Virus record (IMG/VR): IMGVR_UViG_3300047325_000062
Location: 1-38,720 of that record
DNA: 38,720 nucleotides
Strand: one strand, 5' to 3'
From: a virus
Part shown: positions 32,213 to 38,720 of the stretch, one piece after another
Position numbering within the stretch: position 1 is the first letter of the stretch
Layout: every line of letters starts with the position of its first letter
Program-made: the position numbers and the translations under genes
The notes under the pieces: model-generated
Told to the model about the DNA's origin: nothing
The model's input: the letters and a program-made list of their open reading frames with translations, nothing else
The model's database searches: none

Positions 32213-33285
32213 TGAAAGTGAAACTGCGAGACGGCAGCACCATAAATTCGCTGCCCGAAACCGCCTCGCAGGCGGCGTTGGTCGTCGCAATCGACTCAGG
32301 CGCCGACCTGGAGGGCTACGCCCACGCCCTCCCGGCGCTTACCTCCATCGGGGGTTCCGCCTACCTGGAGGGCTACGCCCATGCCCTCCCGGCGCTTGCC
32401 TCCATCGGGGGTTCCGCCTACCTGCGGGGCTACGCCCATGCCCTCCCGGCGCTTACCTCCATCGGGGGTTCCGCCTACCTGGAGGGCTACGCCCATGCCC
32501 TCCCGGCGCTTACCTCCATCGGGGGGCCCGCCGACCTGGAGGGCTACGCCCACGCCCTCCCGGCGCTTACCTCCATCGGGGGTTCCGCCAACCTGGAGCG
32601 CTACGCCCACGCCCTCCCGGCGCTTACCTCCATCGGGGGTTCCGCCTACCTGGAGGGCTACGCCCACGCCCTCCCGGCGCTTACCTCCATCGGGCGTTCC
32701 GCCTACCTGCTGGGCTACGCCCATGCCCTTCCGGCGCTTACCTCCATCGGGGGTTCCGCCTACCTGCTGGGCTACGCCCATGCCCTTCCGGCGCTTACCT
32801 CCATCGGGGATTACGCCTACCTGGAGGGCTGCGCCCACGCCCTCCCGGCGCTTACCTCCATCGGGCGTTCCGCCTACCTGCGGGGCTACGCCCATGCCCT
32901 TCCGGCGCTTACCTCCATCGGGGATTACGCCTACCTGGAGGGCTACGCCCATGCCCTCCCGGCGCTTACCTCCATCGGGGGTTTCGCCGACCTGCGGGGC
33001 TACGCCCATGCCCTCCCGGCGCTTACCTCCATCGGGGGGCCCGCCGACCTGCGGGGCTACGCCCACGCCGATTGGCCTTGGTTGATAAATGGCGGGGCCG
33101 AGAGCCGTGGATATTATTTCACTGGCATGCTGGTGGATGGCGAGTGGCGTATCCGCGCGGGCTGTCGCGATTTCACAATCGAGCAGTCCCTGACTCACTG
33201 GGGATCTGGTGGCCGAAGCAACAGGCCAGATTGCCTGGCACTCGTGAATAAGATCAAGGCCATTGCCGAGGAACGTGGCAAGTGA
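32213..33285 (+). CDS. Solenoid/LRR-like protein built from 13 tandem 19-aa repeats plus a unique C-terminal domain (357 aa from ATG 32213)
   Basis: GAGGAGAAACCCA-ATG RBS. The unit is GYAHALPALTSIGxxAxLx, repeated 13 times. The C-terminus is DWPWLINGGAESRGYYFTGMLVDGEWRIRAGCRDFTIEQSLTHWG... The track ORF start at 32119 lacks an RBS and contains the 31-bp repeat. Confidence 0.75.
32313..33053 (+). repeat. Tandem repeat, 57 bp x 13, in-frame and near-identical
   Basis: GGCTACGCCCA(C/T)GCCCT(C/T)CCGGCGCTTACCTCCATCGGG... recurs at 32313, 32370 and every 57 bp up to 33054. Confidence 0.95.
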
Positions 33286-33386
33286 CGGGTACCAAGCGCT
33301 AGGAAAGCCGATGCCCTAGTGGAAAGTCTCATGCCTATCCGCCTTACACCCGTGGTGGTCATGGGTGAGAACCGGACAGGCATGGA

Positions 33387-33599
33387 ATGATCAACAATTC
33401 TGACCTTGACCGAATCGGCCTTCTGCTAGACCTGCGCGCTCGGGTGCTTTATTTCGCAAACCAAGTCGATAGTTTGTCTGAATTGAAAAGCATTGTTCAG
33501 GTGCGAACATACGCACCGTTTCTGGCCGATCAGATGCGCGCACTGGTTAGCGAAGCGAAATATGTGGAAGGGTGCAAGCGCCATGATGCAACGTACTGA
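33387..33599 (+). CDS. Hypothetical protein (70 aa)
   Basis: Complete ORF in a lower-GC segment. Its stop overlaps the next start by 17 nt. Confidence 0.5.
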   Translation: MINNSDLDRIGLLLDLRARVLYFANQVDSLSELKSIVQVRTYAPFLADQMRALVSEAKYVEGCKRHDATY

Positions 33600-33780
33600 C
33601 CAAGAAGCTTTTGCACTAACGCCACCAATATCCAGCATAGCGGATCACGTTGGCGGAAGCTGCGAAGACGGATACCTTGTGCAGTTTATTCTAACTGACG
33701 GAGCAGAATATTACGCGTGGATGGCATGGTTGCACGACCAAAGAATAAAAATGTTGGATGGGTGCAAGCGTGACAAGTAA
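33583..33780 (+). CDS. Hypothetical protein (65 aa), paralogous at both termini to its neighbours
   Basis: In-frame ATG 33583 (MMQRTDQEAFAL...). It ends ...LDGCKRDK, while the previous gene ends ...VEGCKRHDATY. Confidence 0.5.
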   Translation: MMQRTDQEAFALTPPISSIADHVGGSCEDGYLVQFILTDGAEYYAWMAWLHDQRIKMLDGCKRDK

Positions 33781-33967
33781 ACGCACTGACCAAGAAGCTT
33801 TTGCACTGTTGAGCGCAATAGGACTGACCACACACGATGCGGCAATCGTTGCTGGTGATGGCGAATGGATCGTGCTGCTACTATTGCCGATCAAACCCCC
33901 AAAATTGTCAGTGTTTGATGGATGGCCTATCAAATACGATTACGCGCATAAAGGTGCATGGCTTTGA
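33758..33967 (+). CDS. Hypothetical protein (69 aa; may start at GTG 33770)
   Basis: Its N-terminus ..SKRTDQEAFAL.. is paralogous to the previous gene's N-terminus. Confidence 0.45.
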   Translation: MGASVTSKRTDQEAFALLSAIGLTTHDAAIVAGDGEWIVLLLLPIKPPKLSVFDGWPIKYDYAHKGAWL

Positions 33968-33973
33968 AACCCG

Positions 33974-34068
33974 TTCGCTGCCCGAAACCGCCTCGCAGGC
34001 GGCGTTGGTCGTCGCAATCGACTCAGGCGCCTACCTGGAGGGCTACGCCCACGCCCTCCCGGCGCTTA
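33974..34068 (+). pseudogene. 95-bp remnant of the 5' end of the repeat-protein gene (copy of 32247-32341, 1 mismatch)
   Basis: Direct alignment. It encodes SLPETASQAALVVAIDSGAYLEGYAHALPAL and then diverges. There is no start codon or RBS of its own. Confidence 0.8.
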
Positions 34069-34211
34069 TTCAGGCGGAACGTTTGATTGAGCGGCTTTGG
34101 TGCATTTGGAGGCGCGTCCTTCGGCGGTCGCCCGGTCTTCAGGTTGCCCGAAGCGCGGAACATGCGCAGCCGGTGCGGCTATCGGCTTGCGACCTTCACC
34201 CGAGGACTGAA

Positions 34212-34946
34212 ATGGGAGGCACAATGGGCAACGAGCACGACGAAATCGTTTGCTGGTCACGCATGCAGGCTGAGGCCGGTCAGTCGCTTCAGGATATCGT
34301 CGTCCGCAAAGAGATCGAACGCAGGACCGGGGACGGTCTTTTCTGCTGGGGAGTGGGAAATGCGCCAGGGCAGACGGCTGCCAAAATTGCGGCCAGTGGG
34401 ATGAAGCCCGGCGTGGTGTTCTCCGTGATGAAGGGCCGTCCGAGGGAGGTAGATGCCAGGCCGGCAGCCGTCGTCGTATGGCGGGGCTATATAGGAGCTG
34501 ATGGCATAGAGAGGCCCCTGCCGGATCACTGCCTCGTAACGAGCCGGTCCGCCGCGACGCACCTTGGACCGGGCCGGCACTACGCCCTCATGTGTCGTTC
34601 GGAACAGGAACTCGTGCTTGGCGATTACGGCCCATTTGATCCGGAGGATTACCGCAATGTCGGTGGCACAGGCGCGCGTGTGGGAGCATCACAGGCAACC
34701 GCCATGCTTCGTCGGGTAAGTTCAAACGGTAAGGGATCATATCGTATCAACGTCAGGGCGAGGCTCGACCTCGACATGTGGGTAAAGCTCACCGATCCAG
34801 TGCTCCTTAGCCGCACCCGCCTCGAAGCTCTTCGCGATCTGCCGAGCGATATGGCTGGCGAGGCGTGGCGGTGTTTCGTCGCCTCGCTGAAAGATGGGCT
34901 GGCTCGCCGCCTATTCGAAACAGCCTATCAACCGGCGCTCCTTTAG
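34212..34946 (+). CDS. Hypothetical protein (244 aa)
   Basis: In-frame ATG 34212, or 34224, inside track ORF 33837..34946. Upstream of that point the frame reads through the gene remnant. No motif recognised. Confidence 0.55.
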   Translation: MGGTMGNEHDEIVCWSRMQAEAGQSLQDIVVRKEIERRTGDGLFCWGVGNAPGQTAAKIAASGMKPGVVFSVMKGRPREVDARPAAVVVWRGYIGADGIERPLPDHCLVTSRSAATHLGPGRHYALMCRSEQELVLGDYGPFDPEDYRNVGGTGARVGASQATAMLRRVSSNGKGSYRINVRARLDLDMWVKLTDPVLLSRTRLEALRDLPSDMAGEAWRCFVASLKDGLARRLFETAYQPALL

Positions 34947-34987
34947 AGGATGCCGACCGTCTAATCGACCGACTGCTTGTATCGATA

Positions 34988-35422
34988 TCAACACGGGGGT
35001 GCTGCCGACTTATGCCCGATGGCCAACCTCATGGCTGACAGCTTCGACGCCAAGTCGCTTCGACGTGCATTGCGGCATGCTGGCCTGAGCCGCAGCGCCG
35101 TTGATGCTGCATGGCCGGATTGGTGGACCGACGAAGCTGAAACGTCCCCCTCGGCGCGAGCCGATCTTCGCTTTGCCCTCGCACATAATCTTGGGCTTTC
35201 GCCGAAGGCTCTCATCGGCGGCTCGGGCTTGGCCGGCTTTCGCTTGGGTGGCCCGCGCTTGACTTCGCCAGACTTGATCAAGCCTAGCCGAACCGCGCGC
35301 TGCCTGATGCTGGCCCTGGTGCGGCCCATGGTCAGGGCGATCTTGCCTCTGTCCATGCCGGCCGCGAACAGGCGTTCCAGTTCTGCTGTCTCTTCAGGCG
35401 TCCAGTGTGGGCACCTGGTCAT
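34988..35422 (-). CDS. GcrA-N-terminal-domain-like HTH protein (the first about 70 aa are convincing; the C-terminal extent is uncertain)
   Basis: WTPEETAELERLFAAGMDRGKIALTMGRTRASIRQRAVRLGL aligns with the phage GcrA N-terminus W..LRRLWTEGHTTSVIALQMKCSKSSVIGAAHRMGL. The remainder is Arg-rich and overlaps a + strand ORF. Confidence 0.5.
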   Translation of the reverse strand: MTRCPHWTPEETAELERLFAAGMDRGKIALTMGRTRASIRQRAVRLGLIKSGEVKRGPPKRKPAKPEPPMRAFGESPRLCARAKRRSARAEGDVSASSVHQSGHAASTALRLRPACRNARRSDLASKLSAMRLAIGHKSAAPPC

Positions 35423-35444
35423 TCCTCCTATAGCACCCGTCCTT

Positions 35445-35810
35445 TCAGCTCGTCGTGGGCACGCTCGATACGATCAGCCGCGCGATGGCCAAGCCCGCCG
35501 CGATCTCGGCCTGGTGCTGCGGACTGAGCGTGTTCGCCGGAAGCGCCGCATCGATCGCCTGGATATCGGCCAGCACGGCTGCCGCGTTGGAAGGCGTGGG
35601 CGCGGAGGCCAGGGCCGCCAGCGCCGCGTTCAACGTGCTCTCGGCTTTCTGGAATGCAGGCGTGTTTGTCGCGGGATACAAGGCAAGTGCCGCTTCGATG
35701 ACAGGCACCGAAGCTTGCAAACCGGCAATGTTCGACTCATAAGCGGCCGGGTTTTGACACGCGGCACACGCCAGTCCTGATGCCAGGGCGGCATTGCGAT
35801 ACAGGTTCAT
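35445..35810 (-). CDS. Ala-rich exported protein, possibly a lipoprotein (121 aa from ATG 35810)
   Basis: AAAGGATGAAGCC-ATG RBS. Signal-like N-terminus MNLYRNAALASGLACAAC. Confidence 0.5.
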   Translation of the reverse strand: MNLYRNAALASGLACAACQNPAAYESNIAGLQASVPVIEAALALYPATNTPAFQKAESTLNAALAALASAPTPSNAAAVLADIQAIDAALPANTLSPQHQAEIAAGLAIARLIVSSVPTTS

Positions 35811-35814
35811 GGCT

Positions 35815-36009
35815 TCATCCTTTCGGTTGCATGGAGGGGGAAGGCAGGTGGTAGAAACCGGCCGCCGCACCGGCCGCCACGAAGACGCCTATCCACCCTG
35901 CGGTCGTGGTGGGCAGCGTATCGCTCTTCGCAAGTTGTGTCAGAACCGGGATCAGTCCGCCCACGAAGGCCACGGCCGCAGTTTTCAGTGTCGGCAGGAA
36001 AGCGTTCAT
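35815..36009 (-). CDS. Two-TM small membrane protein, holin-like (64 aa from ATG 36009)
   Basis: GGAGAAAACAACG-ATG RBS. TM1 is TAAVAFVGGLIPVLTQL and TM2 is GWIGVFVAAGAAAGFY. Confidence 0.5.
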   Translation of the reverse strand: MNAFLPTLKTAAVAFVGGLIPVLTQLAKSDTLPTTTAGWIGVFVAAGAAAGFYHLPSPSMQPKG

Positions 36010-36057
36010 CGTTGTTTTCTCCAAAAGCAGCCTCGGGCGACCCCTTAGCAAAGATTA

Positions 36058-36543
36058 TTACGGTCTATACTCCATCTGTTTCTTTTGGTGAAACTTAGCC
36101 TGATTCGGAATCTGTGTAGGAGGCAAGGGCAAGCCGCGAGATTTTAGTTGCGTCTCTTCCATCACCTCAATGCGGCGCGTAAGAGCCTCAAGGCGGTCAT
36201 TAGTTTCGGTTTCGTACTTGCGAAATTCTTCCGTTTGTTCGTTCCGCGCCGCGCTTTCCTGCGCCGCAGCAATCTCACGCTTCGCGCTGGCGACTCCGGC
36301 CTGATAGATCGAGTCCGACACGCTTTCGCCAAAGTGCCATACGGTGCCCACCATGCCGCTCAGGCCGACAATGAGCGCAACCCAGGTGCCAATCAGGCTC
36401 AGCCTCGCCCCGTCCGTCAGCTCTAGCTTGTTACCGTGCCTATCCTGGACCACCGCGAACCCGCCCGGAAAAAATCGTCGGGGAGCCGCCGCCGCCGGGA
36501 CCGCTGAAGACGAAAGTGATCTGTGAAAAAGGACCTCGCTCAT
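36058..36543 (-). CDS. Single-TM protein with a periplasmic coiled coil (161 aa), possibly i-spanin-like
   Basis: TM segment LSLIGTWVALIVGLSGMVGTVW, followed by a helical E/R/A-rich segment and a Pro-rich end. Confidence 0.45.
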   Translation of the reverse strand: MSEVLFHRSLSSSAVPAAAAPRRFFPGGFAVVQDRHGNKLELTDGARLSLIGTWVALIVGLSGMVGTVWHFGESVSDSIYQAGVASAKREIAAAQESAARNEQTEEFRKYETETNDRLEALTRRIEVMEETQLKSRGLPLPPTQIPNQAKFHQKKQMEYRP

Positions 36544-36766
36544 TCATCTGGACCCTGCAGTTCTCCATTCTCTGCCGAGGAAGCGCCCTTGCTGTAAAGT
36601 CACACGCAATTCAGGAATCAGACGCCTAGGAACGCTCGCAGAAGTTTGAGCAAGCCAAAACCGACCCTTAACCCACGGTTAACATTATGCACGCCATGCG
36701 TGCAAAGTGTCTTTCGCAAGACGCCCAACTGTCCGCCAAGCACCCCTCTTGACAACGCGCGAAAAT

Positions 36767-36796
36767 TTGACCCAGGAATGACGCGCTGGCCATATT
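36767..36796 (+). promoter_or_regulatory. Candidate promoter for the scaffold/capsid operon (TTGACC-N18-CATATT)
   Basis: Hexamers were read at 36767-72 and 36791-96, in the 327-nt divergent intergenic region. Confidence 0.25.
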
Positions 36797-36870
36797 TCCG
36801 GTTGGCACCCGACCCCCGGGCGTAACCCGGTCCCGACGCTGGTTACGTATCCAGCAGGCTGAGAGGCACC

Positions 36871-37620
36871 ATGCCCCCGGAGATTGACCCCGATGTCGAT
36901 GCGGAAGAAGACCCCATCAATGAAGCGGCCGGCGAAGCCGGCGATGCTGACGAAAGCCTCGAAACCGGCGATGAAGCCGGCCAAGAAGCCGATGATGGGA
37001 ATGAAGTCCCGCAAAGAGAAAATGGCGGATTAGACACCCGCCAGTCGAGTCGATCTTCCGAACGAGTCCGCGCAGCCCTCCGCGAGAGGGACGAAACCAG
37101 GGCCGAAATTGCCGCAATCCGCGCCGAGCTGGCAGCGGTTCGCAATCGCCCCCCGGAACCGGACCCCAGGGCAATTCAGGCGGAGCGCGAACGACTCGCG
37201 CTGATGGACCCTGATCAGCGGTTAGAATATTACCGCCATCAGGATCAGCAGCGGCTCGCGTCCCTGGAACAGCGCCTCAACTTTCGGCTTGAGGACGCGA
37301 CCGACCGCGCCGCATTCGACGCGCTACAGGCCCGCAACCCGCTCGCCGCAAAGTACGCCTCCGACGTGGAAAAGCTTCTCGCGTCAGAGCGTCAGAGCGG
37401 CCGTAACGTCAGCCGGGAGGTCGCTCTGAAATTCATCATCGGCGAGAAGGTGATGCAGAAGGCCGGATCCGCAACCAGCAAGCAGCGCAAGGCTGCAACC
37501 GGCCGAGTCCAGCAGCAGACCACGACCCCGAGAAATCCCGGCAGCATGAGCCGCGAGGATCGAGGCGCAGGGGACGACATCAAAACGCTTGAGCGGCGCT
37601 TGGCTAACATCATCATCTGA
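36871..37620 (+). CDS. Scaffolding protein (249 aa)
   Basis: Lies immediately upstream of the capsid gene. Very acidic N-terminus, long helical R/E/A-rich middle, no Cys or Trp. Confidence 0.7.
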   Translation: MPPEIDPDVDAEEDPINEAAGEAGDADESLETGDEAGQEADDGNEVPQRENGGLDTRQSSRSSERVRAALRERDETRAEIAAIRAELAAVRNRPPEPDPRAIQAERERLALMDPDQRLEYYRHQDQQRLASLEQRLNFRLEDATDRAAFDALQARNPLAAKYASDVEKLLASERQSGRNVSREVALKFIIGEKVMQKAGSATSKQRKAATGRVQQQTTTPRNPGSMSREDRGAGDDIKTLERRLANIII

Positions 37621-37660
37621 GGCGCGGAAATCCCCGCGTCACAGCGGGGAGAAGGGTTAA

Positions 37661-38720
37661 ATGGCTACGAACACGAGTACCCAGTACGCGGGTGATGTCA
37701 GCAAGTACATCGAGAAGAAGGTGCTGCCGCTCGCGCGCAGGCAGCTCGTAGCGTATCAATTCGCGACCCCCGCCACCCTGCCGAAAGGCATGGGCACGCA
37801 GTACACCGCAACTCGCTTCAACCGCCTGCCCCTGCCGTTCGCGCCGCTGGCGGAAGGCGTGCCACCCGTTGGCGAGACTATGACCATCAGCCAAGTCACC
37901 GCGGTCTGCCAGCAGTGGGGCGACAAGGTCACGATCACCGACGTGGCCGAGCTGACCATCTTCCATCCGCTCTTTGAGCAGGCGATGCGCCTCTGCTCTC
38001 TGCAAATTTCGGAATCGGACGAGCGGAACACGTATCTGACGCTGATGGGCTGCGCGCAGGTCAACTACGTCAACCAGCGCGGCTCGCGCGCTGCTCTGCA
38101 AACCGGCGACGTCCTCGACACGCACACGATCAACCGCACCGTCGCGGCCATGATGCAGATCGGCGCCCCGCGTTTCATGGGCGACGAGATGACCAATACC
38201 AAGGTCAACGCGTTGGAGGGCGGCGCCCGCGCCAGCCAGAATCCCAGGCTGCATGAGCACTATGCTGCGATCATCTCGCCGCTCTGCATGGGCGATCTGC
38301 GCGAAAATAACACCGTCGTCCTTGCCTGGTCCTACAGCGACATCAACCGCCTCTACAATTTCGAGGTCGGTGAGTGGGGTGGGGTGACTTTCTGCGCGTC
38401 GAACATGGTGCCCTATTACACCGGCGCTGCGGCCGTGACTGGCGCGGCCGGCACAACCGGCGGCAGCCTGACTTCCGGCACGACGTACTACACGCAAGTG
38501 ACGGCCAGCGATCCGCAGAAGCAGTATGAGACTGTCATCTATCAGATCGACGGCGGCACCGCGCCGGGCGGATCAAACACCGCGCTGACCCTCACCCTGC
38601 CGTCCACCGCCGGATATGTCTATTCGGTTTACATCGGCACCAGCGCCACCGCGCTGACGAACCTTGCCGCCACGTCAAGCACGTCCGCTCCGACAAGCGG
38701 CCCGTATGCAGGCATGGCAA
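37661..38720 (+). CDS. Major capsid protein, N-terminal part (open at the window end, continues at 128..426; full length 452 aa)
   Basis: GGGGAGAAGGG RBS. MATNTSTQYAGDVSKYIEKKVLPLARRQLVAYQFATPATLPKGMGTQYTATRFNRLP... resembles the N-termini of N4-gp56/HK97-type capsid proteins. There is no stop before the window end. The - strand ORF 37613..38497 is its shadow. Confidence 0.85.
   Translation, partial: MATNTSTQYAGDVSKYIEKKVLPLARRQLVAYQFATPATLPKGMGTQYTATRFNRLPLPFAPLAEGVPPVGETMTISQVTAVCQQWGDKVTITDVAELTIFHPLFEQAMRLCSLQISESDERNTYLTLMGCAQVNYVNQRGSRAALQTGDVLDTHTINRTVAAMMQIGAPRFMGDEMTNTKVNALEGGARASQNPRLHEHYAAIISPLCMGDLRENNTVVLAWSYSDINRLYNFEVGEWGGVTFCASNMVPYYTGAAAVTGAAGTTGGSLTSGTTYYTQVTASDPQKQYETVIYQIDGGTAPGGSNTALTLTLPSTAGYVYSVYIGTSATALTNLAATSSTSAPTSGPYAGMA
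38594..38720. repeat. Terminal direct overlap, identical to 1..127
   Basis: See the first feature. Confidence 0.95.

Noticed and set aside
32313-33053. Regular 57-bp repeat array that could superficially be taken for a CRISPR array
   Set aside because: The units are contiguous with no spacers and lie in one open reading frame with a good RBS and a unique C-terminal domain. No cas genes or leader are present.
32313-33053. Diversity-generating retroelement acting on the variable patch of the repeats
   Set aside because: No reverse transcriptase or template repeat is present in the genome, and substitutions are not restricted to adenine-templated positions.
32100-33251. Alternative-frame ORFs through the repeat array (+ 32100..33251, + 32381..33085, - 32296..33198)
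   Set aside because: These stay open only because a 57-bp unit lacks stops in several frames. They encode monotonous P/R/G repeats and lack start context. The frame starting at 32213 has the RBS and a non-repetitive C-terminal domain.
33837-34211. N-terminal 125 codons of track ORF 33837..34946
   Set aside because: The frame reads through the end of the 33758 gene region and the 95-bp gene remnant, followed by Arg-rich sequence. A start at 34212/34224 is more plausible.
36802-36820. TGGCAC motif as a sigma-54 promoter upstream of the scaffold gene
   Set aside because: The required TTGC(A/T) element is absent at the correct 5-nt spacing.
36685-37014. 109-aa - strand ORF in the scaffold upstream region
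   Set aside because: It overlaps the scaffold gene start and the divergent promoter region. It has no RBS and is the antisense of the acidic scaffold N-terminus.
37613-38497. 294-aa ORF on the - strand
   Set aside because: It is a shadow of the capsid gene on the opposite strand. It is Arg/Ala/Gly-rich with no RBS, while the + frame has a strong RBS and capsid-like sequence.
1-38720. Search by eye for tRNA genes, an integrase/attP, a DNA polymerase and a CcrM-type methyltransferase
   Set aside because: No ORF showed the corresponding motifs: R..H..R..Y integrase catalytic pattern, Pol A/B motifs, or DPPY/FxGxG. No intergenic segment is long or structured enough for a tRNA. Absence is provisional without profile searches.

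Overview
The window is a complete, circularly closed tailed-phage genome. Positions 38594-38720 exactly copy 1-127, so the unique length is 38,593 bp and the major capsid gene is split by the window edge. It is GC-rich and tightly packed, with many ATGA/TAATG start-stop overlaps. I saw no tape-measure, sheath or tube gene, so it looks podovirus-like. A GcrA homologue points to an alphaproteobacterial host.

Layout on the circle:
(1) A + strand morphogenesis module runs 36871 -> origin -> 15297. It holds scaffold, HK97-type capsid, small virion proteins, adaptor-like protein, three tail-fibre/spike genes, a truncated IS1595-type transposase-like gene, large terminase, portal and a membrane protein.
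(2) A converging - strand operon runs 23542 -> 15294. It holds an RHH protein, small membrane peptides, a GNAT acetyltransferase, three large low-complexity proteins (presumed internal/ejection proteins) and a PurD-like ATP-grasp enzyme.
(3) A - strand early-left operon runs 27694 -> 23826. It holds a Cro/YdaS-like HTH, an OmpR-type winged helix, GcrA, a VRR-NUC nuclease and a RepA-like helicase. It ends at an iteron/palindrome cluster that is a putative origin.
(4) A + strand early-right operon runs 27836 -> 34946. It opens with two paralogous pentapeptide-repeat proteins and also carries a Sak4-like ATPase, a DUF669-type SSB and a protein built from 13 near-identical 19-aa repeats.
(5) A small - strand membrane-protein cassette runs 36543 -> 34988.

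I could not recognise an integrase, DNA polymerase, RNA polymerase, primase, endolysin, tRNA or CRISPR array. All homology statements rest on motif recognition by eye, not on searches.

The most unusual content is:
- the repeat-protein set of the early-right operon;
- recombination scars around it (95-bp and 31-bp exact repeats, and an SSB whose DDDIPF tip is no longer C-terminal);
- a domesticated transposase fragment with a perfect 33-bp inverted repeat directly upstream of terL;
- the ATP-grasp and GNAT enzymes embedded among virion-protein genes.
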